NCBI GenBank assembly: GCA_019911795.1 | Contig: JAIOJS010000312.1 | Span: 3,864-67,863 of the forward strand | Length of the DNA: 64,000 bases | Origin: Thermoanaerobaculia bacterium | GTDB lineage: Bacteria > Acidobacteriota > Thermoanaerobaculia > Multivoradales > JAIOJS01 | Reading direction: 5' to 3' | Shown: piece after piece, positions 58,601-64,000 of the stretch | Layout of the letters: each line of letters opens with the position of its first letter | Numbering within the stretch: position 1 is the stretch's first letter | Position numbers and translations under genes: made by a program | The notes under the pieces: model-generated | Database searches by the model: none | What the model saw: only the letters and a program-made list of their open reading frames with translations | Told to the model about the DNA's origin: nothing

Positions 58601-58945
58601 CAGGTCGCCACCCGCGATGGGCAGAGTGTAGAGCTGGCGATTGCCACCGTACTCGGCCGAGAAGGCCACGGTCTTTCCGTCAGGGGACAGCTTGGGGAAG
58701 ATCTCGAGGCCGGCGTCGGAGGTCAGGCGACGGGCTTCGCCTCCGTTCCGGTCGACCACCCAGATGTCGCCACCGTAGACGAAGGACACGGTGTCGCCCT
58801 CGATATCGGGCATACGGAGGAGTCGAGTCAATCCCTCGGGAGCCGAGGTGGCGTCGGGATCGGTTTGAGCCCAGGATGCGGCGGGCAGAGCGCCGACGAG
58901 AAAAATGGAGGCCAGAAGGAGCCTCGAGACGGTGATTGCAAGCAT
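55601..58945 (-). CDS. Tricorn-protease-like secreted peptidase: N-terminal beta-propellers (TolB/PD40 repeats) plus a C-terminal S41 (C-terminal processing peptidase) domain
   Basis: Signal peptide MLAITVSRLLLASIFLVGALPAASWA. There are multiple PD40 repeats (LSPDGKTVAF, SPDGRWIAYWSD, WSPDGKRLAF). The C-terminal S41-like region has GYIHLPN...LLLDARYNGGG...VLINGYSSSGGDAF. The 1114 aa length matches tricorn core protease. Confidence 0.6.
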   Translation of the reverse strand: MLAITVSRLLLASIFLVGALPAASWAQTDPDATSAPEGLTRLLRMPDIEGDTVSFVYGGDIWVVDRNGGEARRLTSDAGLEIFPKLSPDGKTVAFSAEYGGNRQLYTLPIAGGDLRQLTWYNDVGPMPPRGGWDYRVLDWTPDGQRIVFLGNRLPWGPRMTRPFTIDASGGMETPLGPPESGGGMLSPDGTQFVYTPISREYRTWKRYRGGRAQDVWVWDIGSKKAERKTSFIGTDNQPLWVADTLYFTSDRSGTLNLWSLGPGATEPTQVTFHQTWDVLWPSAGRDAIVYEAGGWIWRFEPSSGETRRIPIRAAADFGSALPQWRNVVGNLASASISPTGSRVAIEARGEIFSAPAKKGEIRNLTRTPGVRERDPAWSPDGRWIAYWSDQTGEYELWLRSADGNGSPRQITRDGAENPTWSYAVEWSPDGKRLAFADRTARLRVLEIASGEITEIDRDPFTDPTTYRWSPDSEWLVYLKTGSTRLQSLWVWNVTQGNTARLTSDETQEGDPAWGRQGRYLYFTSNRDFNLTQSDFEFDFLYTDPTRVYVAILSADGEAPLRPESDEEPAESSPPEVTATSSAAPTSVPSSVEGNSDAIPTVRIDVEGFERRILALPGGSGSYRSLEGLANGVAFLKTAEGMTSLRTYDFESRQEVTVLPDAGGYEISANGTKAVVVKGDTVSVIDLVAGQSLATDAINLDGLETRIEPRAEWAQEFVDVWRIARDWFYDPAMHGLDWLSIREKYEPLVAHVRHRGDLDYIFGELIGELNAGHSYVQSSPDASIERRDNGLLGAEITRDSTSGAFRIDHIFPGENWHADLRSPLTEPGVRVAVGDLILAVDGVSTLGVDNFYRLLENRAGQVVTLQVQSAGSSAKRLEQVRPVASETNLRYLDWVASRRQRVNDLSGGRIGYIHLPNTAIEGNREMFKGFYGQSNKDALLLDARYNGGGFIPFQMIELLQRPLLSYWAQRNSAPFPTPGFSHQGPKAVLINGYSSSGGDAFPYYFRQQGLGKLVGTRTWGGLIGISGNPDLMDGGAVLVPRFRFLNPAGEWAVENEGVAPDVEVLDRPDQVAAGEDPSLEAGVRLLLEALEAAPPLPLVIPDPPIETGAPGAIR

Positions 58946-59109
58946 GGGACTTCTCCGTAGGGTTCCGGGAGATCTGGGAGGAGACCCTGCCAGGTCCTAG
59001 AGCCACTGGGATCGCGCATCGTCGCGTTGATGGTGTGGAACAGCACGTCGGAATGACCCGCCGGGCCGAGGTCTGACTCTACCGTATCCTCGTTGATCAA
59101 CCTCGCTGT

Positions 59110-59544
59110 CTACGGAGGGCAGCCCACGGTAGTCTGGCCTTCGAGTCGCTGCCGGAGGGCAGGGAGGACGGGCCGATCGGCGGGCGCCCACGCGAGGGAG
59201 TCGATGTCGCTAGCCTCGATCCAACGCGAAGCCGAGTGCTCGGCCAACTCCAAGGAACCTCCCGTCACCGAGGCGACATAGATGTCCAGGGTCACGATTC
59301 CTACGACGCCACGACCGAGGTAGTCGCCAACCTCGATTCGTAGCGAGAGTTCTTCGGCGATCTCGCGCGCGAGGGCGAAGCGTGGATCTTCGCCGGCCTC
59401 GACCTTGCCGCCGGGAAACTCCCACGCCAGCGGCAAAGACATGGCGGGTCCCCGTTGCGCGACGAGGCATCGTCCGTCGGCGAGGATGGCGGCGCCGACC
59501 ACGTGCAGTCGAGTTTGAGGAGGAGGTGGCTTCAAAGTTGGCAT
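59110..59544 (-). CDS. NUDIX hydrolase (MutT-like)
   Basis: The Nudix box is GGKVEAGEDPRFALAREIAEELSL (GX5EX7REUXEEXGU). Confidence 0.7.
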   Translation of the reverse strand: MPTLKPPPPQTRLHVVGAAILADGRCLVAQRGPAMSLPLAWEFPGGKVEAGEDPRFALAREIAEELSLRIEVGDYLGRGVVGIVTLDIYVASVTGGSLELAEHSASRWIEASDIDSLAWAPADRPVLPALRQRLEGQTTVGCPP

Positions 59545-59664
59545 CGGAGACCCCAGACTCTACCTTGGGCGGCCGGTTGCAGGCTCCCATGGAAGAGGAG
59601 TCTGGGGAGCTTCCGCGTGAGAACCGCTTCACAGATGGGATGCGGTCGTCTGGAGTAGGGTTCG

Positions 59665-61008
59665 ATGATGAATGCAGGGATAGAGGGACGAAGGCATTCC
59701 CAGGTATGCGGCTCTCTGGTCGGAACTTTGATGTTGTTCGGGCTGGCTCCTGGAGCTGAAGCGCAGCGCTCCTGTCCACCACTCCCGGCTCCTTCGGGCC
59801 CGACGATCGAGGTGATGCCGAACCAGGCGGACCAACTGCGGAGTGTGGTGGCAGGGGCGGCGACCGGTACGACCATTCTGCTCCACGACGGCTACTACGC
59901 GATGGATCAGGGGGACGCTACCTCCCGACTGATCTTCACAGTCGATGGGGTGACCCTGAGGTCGCTCTCCGGGAACCGGGGAGCGGTGGTCCTCGACGGC
60001 GCCTACGCCACCGACGAGCTGGTCTCGATCCAGGCCTCTGATGTTGTCATCGCTTCGATCACGCTAACCCGTGCTTACAACCATCCCATCCACATCTCAG
60101 GCGGGTCCGGTCCGATCGATGGCGTCGTACTCCACGACTTGCATGTCGTCGATGCGGGCGAGCAGGCGATCAAAATCAACCCGGTAGGCGAGGGCTGGGT
60201 CGACGACGGGGTCGTAGAGTGCAGTTTCATCGAATTGACGGATGCCGGACGGCCGCACATTCGCAACAACTGTTACACCGGAGGGGTTGATGCCCATGCG
60301 GCTCAGGGTTGGTGGATCCGGCGCAATAGCTTCCGCGGTTTCTGGTGTCCAGCTGGCCTGTCGGAGCACGCGGTGCATTTCTGGAAGGGGAGTCGAGATA
60401 CGGTGGTCGAGGAGAACCTGATTCTCGACTGTGGACGGGGTATTGGGCTGGGATTGGGTCAGAGCGGTGACGGCCGGAGCTATCCCGACAATCCTTATCC
60501 CGGCGTCGGGTACCTGGGCCACATCGATGGTGTTGTTCGCAACAATTTCATCGCGGCGGCCGATGCCGGTCTCTTCGGATCCGCCGCTGGCTTCGACGCT
60601 GGGATCACTCTCGACCAGGCTCGGATGCCCCTTGTGGTCCACAACACCGTGGCCTCCACCACGGCCCCCTTCTCTTCGATCGAGTGGCGCTTCGGGAACA
60701 CTCTCATCGATCTTGCCAACAACCTCGTAACCCACAACCTGAGGCCCCGCGACGGTGCTCAGGCGATCCTAACCGGGAACCTGGAGGGTGCTCCGCTCCA
60801 ATACTTCGCCGATGTAGCGAGCGCAGACCTCCACCTAGTGACTGGGGATGAGATGCCGGTGGGAATGGGAAGTGCCCTCCCCGCGGGTCAGGCCGACTTC
60901 GACTTCGATGGTCATACTCGCGGAGTGCCGCGTGATGTTGGCGCCGACGAGTGGAGCGAGGCGCTGTTCGCCGACGGTTTCGAGAGTGGCGACACCACCG
61001 CTTGGTAG
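59665..61008 (+). CDS. Secreted parallel beta-helix protein ending in a conserved DGFESGDTTAW tail
   Basis: Signal peptide GSLVGTLMLFGLAPGAEA (the exact start is uncertain). Beta-helix rungs include VVIASITLTRAYNHPIHISGGSGPIDGVVLHDLHVVDAGEQAIKIN and VVRNNFIAAADAGLF. The C-terminal residues are LFADGFESGDTTAW. Confidence 0.55.
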   Translation: MMNAGIEGRRHSQVCGSLVGTLMLFGLAPGAEAQRSCPPLPAPSGPTIEVMPNQADQLRSVVAGAATGTTILLHDGYYAMDQGDATSRLIFTVDGVTLRSLSGNRGAVVLDGAYATDELVSIQASDVVIASITLTRAYNHPIHISGGSGPIDGVVLHDLHVVDAGEQAIKINPVGEGWVDDGVVECSFIELTDAGRPHIRNNCYTGGVDAHAAQGWWIRRNSFRGFWCPAGLSEHAVHFWKGSRDTVVEENLILDCGRGIGLGLGQSGDGRSYPDNPYPGVGYLGHIDGVVRNNFIAAADAGLFGSAAGFDAGITLDQARMPLVVHNTVASTTAPFSSIEWRFGNTLIDLANNLVTHNLRPRDGAQAILTGNLEGAPLQYFADVASADLHLVTGDEMPVGMGSALPAGQADFDFDGHTRGVPRDVGADEWSEALFADGFESGDTTAW

Positions 61009-61122
61009 GCGGCAGCCGAGTCCAAGCTGCCGGTCGACCGGTCATTCCTTTCGCCCCCCAGCTGGCCCTGACGCCTTAGGCGCCGAAGCGCCTGGGGTAG
61101 AAGGGTCAGGTCGGCTCGGGGC

Positions 61123-62595
61123 TCAGTTCCAGGCACCGATATCACCCGACTCGAAGCCGTCGACAAAGAGGGCCGTCCCATTCCAGAAGCAGCCGTCGCC
61201 GTTGTGGATGCAGTCGATCCGGCTCGAAGGGCCGCGGATGATGTAGAGCTCGCCGATGGAATCCTCAGCCAGGCCGTAAGTGCCGTGGTAGCCGCTCGCC
61301 CAGCACTCCGAGGCGATGGCGGACGGGTTGGCGGGATCGAGGGTCGTGGTCTTCCACAGCTGACCACAGGCAGGGTCGCCGTAGATGTAGTCACCGGCTA
61401 GCGAGGGAACGAAGCTGCCTCGGTATCGGTAGCCGCCCATGATCGAGTCCCAGCCGCCGTTGTAGTGGCAGAGGACCGGGTCCCAGTGGTTGATCGAGTT
61501 GATTCCGGTCTTGCGCGGGAAGAGGCAGCTGGTGCCGGTGTCCATGGGGCAGCCCCCGGTCGCACAGGACGATTCATCATTTGCGGCGGTTTCACAGCCC
61601 TCGCGACAGACCCAGCCGAAATTGACGGGGGCCGGAGTCGACACCGCCTTGAGGTTGATCTCCTCCCACTTGTTCTGTCCGACGTCTCCGATGTACAGGT
61701 CACCGGTCGAACGGTCGAAGCTGAAGCGGAAGGGATTGCGGAGTCCAAGCGACCAGACCTCGTCGCAGCTCGCCGCTCCCTGGCCGGTGAAGGGGTTGGT
61801 AGAGGGCACGGTGTACGGACCCCCAGCGCCGACGCCACAGTTGTCGGGAGCGGTGGCCGAACCGTCGATCCCACGGACGTCGATCCGCAGCATTTTGCCC
61901 GCGAGGGTGTCGATCCGTTGGCCGTCGCCGTTGGCGCCGGCGCCATTGTCGCAACTGCTGCCGCCGTCGCCGGTCGAGATGTAGAGGAACCCGTCCGGTC
62001 CGAAGGCGAGCCAGCCACCGTTGTGGTTCGAGGCCGGATGATCGATGACGAGGAGAAGGGTCGCTGATCCGAGATTGCCGACATCGGGGTCGCCGGCCGA
62101 GCGTTCGTAGCGGGCGATGACCACATCGCCTTGTTCGCTTCCGGCTCCGGCCCGGGTGTAGAAGACGTAGATCCTGCCGTTCATTGAATAGTCGGGGTCC
62201 ATGGCGAGGGCGAGAAGACCCCTCTCACCGCCGGCGAGGACTGGACCGCCGATGTCGTCACGGAGGTCGAGAAAGGGAGTCGGGAGCATGGCGCCCGCGG
62301 CGCCGTCCCAGACTAGGATGGCGCCCTCCTGGGTGGCGATCAGGTAGCGTCCCCTACCGTCGGCGGGGTCGACAAAGGCGATGGGAGTGTCCATTCCGGC
62401 CGGGAAGTCTCCGGACTCGACGAGGGGGGAGATGGTGACGGGAGCCGATGGCGTGCAGGTGGCACTGCAGTTGTCGGTGTAGCAACTCGTCTCCGCGAGA
62501 CCGGGGGAGGCGATTCCCGAAGTCCCGGCGAGGAAGGCGACGAGGGCGAGAACGTGGGGACGAAGGATGTGAGAGTAGAGCTGCTTGCTGACCAT
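61123..62595 (-). CDS. Secreted PQQ-dependent sugar-dehydrogenase-like beta-propeller (soluble glucose/sorbosone dehydrogenase family) ending in a conserved DGFESGDIGAWN tail
   Basis: Signal peptide LALVAFLAGTSGIASPGLA. The SGDH signature is HNGGWLAFGPDGFLYISTGDGG, with RGLLALAMDPDY and GDLYIGDVGQNKWEEIN. The C-terminal residues are LFVDGFESGDIGAWN. Confidence 0.6.
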   Translation of the reverse strand: MVSKQLYSHILRPHVLALVAFLAGTSGIASPGLAETSCYTDNCSATCTPSAPVTISPLVESGDFPAGMDTPIAFVDPADGRGRYLIATQEGAILVWDGAAGAMLPTPFLDLRDDIGGPVLAGGERGLLALAMDPDYSMNGRIYVFYTRAGAGSEQGDVVIARYERSAGDPDVGNLGSATLLLVIDHPASNHNGGWLAFGPDGFLYISTGDGGSSCDNGAGANGDGQRIDTLAGKMLRIDVRGIDGSATAPDNCGVGAGGPYTVPSTNPFTGQGAASCDEVWSLGLRNPFRFSFDRSTGDLYIGDVGQNKWEEINLKAVSTPAPVNFGWVCREGCETAANDESSCATGGCPMDTGTSCLFPRKTGINSINHWDPVLCHYNGGWDSIMGGYRYRGSFVPSLAGDYIYGDPACGQLWKTTTLDPANPSAIASECWASGYHGTYGLAEDSIGELYIIRGPSSRIDCIHNGDGCFWNGTALFVDGFESGDIGAWN

Positions 62596-62695
62596 GTCGA
62601 TGAGACTCCTCGAAGTTGTCTTTGGAGGAGCGAGCCTAGCATCCAGCCAGGTCGATGGGACCAGACATGCAGACCCTTCGGAAGTCAGGTTAGTC

Positions 62696-63997
62696 TCACG
62701 AGGCTTGCCGGGCGACCTCTCTCACGGTCGGAAGTGCTTCCTCGGTCGCCGCTTCCGGACGATGTCCCACGACGACGAGCGAGACGTCGTCGAGGGGATC
62801 TTCGTCGCCGAGAAAGCGCGAATGATCGTCGACGATCCGGCGATGAATTTCGCTGGGACTGCCCCCGGGGGCCATGAGGGTCCGTAATCGTTCGAAACCA
62901 AAGGACTCACCGGAACTGCGCACCGACTCCGGGAAACCGTCGCTGTAGAGCAGCAGCATGTCGCCACGGTTTAGGCGGGCGGACTCCGTCGCCCAGGATT
63001 CCTGCGGGCGGAGGCCGAGAGGGAGCGAGCCGGTTCCGAGTTCCTCGATGCGACCGCCTGTCCTTCTGAGCAGAGGAAAGGGGTGCCCGGCACAGATGTA
63101 GTCGAGGTGACCAGTCGTCGGTTCGAGAAGCCCGTAGAACAGAGTCATGAAGGCGCGGGAACCACCGGTGCCACAGAGGGCCCGGTTGAGGAGCCCAACG
63201 ACCTTGGAGGGTTCAGGGTCGCCATCGATGGCCAGCTTGAGGGTAGAGCTGGCGATGACCATCAACAGGCCGGCGGCGATGCCGTGACCACTGGCGTCGC
63301 CGGCGATCAGGACCAGGCGTCCGTCCGAGGTGGGGATGAAGTCGTAGTAGTCGCCTCCGATCGCCTGCGCGGTGGTGTAGGAGTGGGCGAAGGCGTATCC
63401 CGGGGTCGGTGGCGCTTCGTGCGGCAGGATCTCACGCTGCAACTGACGGGCGATCTCCAGTTCGTCTCGGATCTTGACCCGATCCACCAGTTCGAGAGCG
63501 AGCAGGAAGGCCAGCCCCAGGATGGCGAGTAGGTGGAACGTGGGTTGAGAGTCGATACTCGGAAACCCGGGTAGCAAGTTGATCGTCCACTCGAAAAGGC
63601 CCAAGAAGGTGAAGATCATCGTGGTGCAAAAAAGCACCCTTCGCGCCGGTCCCAGGTGGAAGGACATGCCTAAGAAGAGGCGCTTGATGCGCGCTAGAGC
63701 GCCGTGTTTCAGGGTGGGATCCTGATCCCGAGTCAGGACGCTATAGGCTTGCGCCGCGTCGCGAGAGAATAGACGCGTGAGATCCTGCGACTGCAGGTCG
63801 CCGGCGTAGTCACGGAGGATCTGACGGGTTTTATGCGCACGTTTTCCCACGTGCCTTGTACGGACGGCGGAGAAGATTGTTCCGGCGTGGGATTCTGACC
63901 CTGGCAGATCAGTTCTGAGAGTGCAGCTTTCTCGATCCACCACGGAGTTGGTCGACGATACCCACCAGCACCATGCCAAAGAGGGTTCCTGCGGCAA
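62696..63997 (-). CDS. PP2C-family (SpoIIE/RsbU-like) serine phosphatase with N-terminal membrane region; the 5' end may extend past the window edge
   Basis: PP2C motifs are IGGDYYDFIP...LVLIAGDASGHGIAAGLLM...RAFMTLFYGLLEP...LYSDGFPE. Two TM helices lie upstream (LFCTTMIFTFLGLF, FHLLAILGLAFLLALEL). The first Met of the ORF is 4 nt from the window end. Confidence 0.65.
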   Translation of the reverse strand: MPQEPSLAWCWWVSSTNSVVDRESCTLRTDLPGSESHAGTIFSAVRTRHVGKRAHKTRQILRDYAGDLQSQDLTRLFSRDAAQAYSVLTRDQDPTLKHGALARIKRLFLGMSFHLGPARRVLFCTTMIFTFLGLFEWTINLLPGFPSIDSQPTFHLLAILGLAFLLALELVDRVKIRDELEIARQLQREILPHEAPPTPGYAFAHSYTTAQAIGGDYYDFIPTSDGRLVLIAGDASGHGIAAGLLMVIASSTLKLAIDGDPEPSKVVGLLNRALCGTGGSRAFMTLFYGLLEPTTGHLDYICAGHPFPLLRRTGGRIEELGTGSLPLGLRPQESWATESARLNRGDMLLLYSDGFPESVRSSGESFGFERLRTLMAPGGSPSEIHRRIVDDHSRFLGDEDPLDDVSLVVVGHRPEAATEEALPTVREVARQAS

Positions 63998-64000
63998 AGA

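Noticed and set aside
57458-58960. 500-aa plus-strand ORF inside the tricorn-like protease gene
   Set aside because: It is an antisense shadow. Its product is Gly/Arg-rich with no motifs, and the minus-strand frame encodes PD40 repeats and an S41 domain.
59110-59544. Possible link between the Nudix hydrolase and the neighbouring protease or beta-helix genes
   Set aside because: The Nudix box is a generic MutT-like one, the gene is isolated by intergenic gaps and different orientation, and nothing in the sequence supports a functional link.
1-64000. Search for CRISPR arrays, rRNA, tRNA, insertion sequences, integrases or prophage signatures
   Set aside because: I found no spaced direct-repeat arrays, no rRNA-like conserved blocks, and no transposase or integrase motifs (DDE, tyrosine recombinase R..H..Y). 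I could not scan tRNAs exhaustively by eye, so their absence is not proven.

Overview
This is a high-GC (~65-70%) bacterial chromosomal segment that is densely coding on both strands. I see no rRNA, tRNA, CRISPR array, transposase or integrase, and I could not scan systematically for tRNAs by eye. About 48 protein-coding genes are supported. 

The identifiable content is mostly housekeeping and envelope genes:
- Near the left edge there is a partial prolyl oligopeptidase gene and a cyclophilin.
- The first gene trio has overlapping start and stop codons (4-nt GTGA/ATGA overlaps, indicating translational coupling): an autotransporter with Calx-beta repeats, a serine/threonine kinase fused to a transmembrane helix and a caspase-like (peptidase C14) domain, and a Sel1/coiled-coil protein whose second caspase-like domain has Ala in place of the catalytic Cys.
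- A minus-strand operon encodes TruD, a DUF4388 protein and a GHKL-ATPase protein with an Ig-like domain.
- There is a fused ATP sulfurylase/APS kinase gene, followed by a GT4 glycosyltransferase and a methyltransferase.
- A GntR regulator precedes a three-component RND efflux system (MFP, RND permease, NodT-type outer-membrane lipoprotein).
- A cell-envelope polymer cluster contains two LicC-like nucleotidyltransferases, a small ParB/sulfiredoxin-fold protein, a DUF711-like protein, a methyltransferase, an Asp/Glu-type racemase, a membrane-anchored LTA-synthase-like sulfatase-fold protein, a short YidC-like insertase and a TagF-like CDP-glycerol glycerophosphotransferase.
- A Tat-secreted amine oxidase, a class V PLP enzyme and a spermidine-synthase-like gene sit together.
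- An ECF sigma factor, its anti-sigma factor, two HEAT-repeat proteins and a large kinase with TPR repeats form a module.
- A RamB-like regulator is followed by malate synthase and isocitrate lyase.
- The right end carries an S1-domain protein, a PilZ protein, a rhodanese, a tricorn-like S41 protease, a Nudix hydrolase, two secreted beta-helix proteins, a PQQ sugar-dehydrogenase-like propeller and a PP2C phosphatase.

The observations I rank highest are:
- A conserved C-terminal tag ([A/L]LF[A/V]DGFE[S/T]GDxxAW at the exact C-terminus) shared by three secreted proteins with unrelated folds.
- The envelope-spanning pair of kinase-caspase and pseudo-caspase coupled to an autotransporter.
- A ParB/sulfiredoxin-fold protein embedded between cytidylyltransferases in the teichoic-acid-like cluster, which may be the kinase of a CDP-activated head-group pathway.

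All functional assignments come from motif recognition by eye. No database searches were run.
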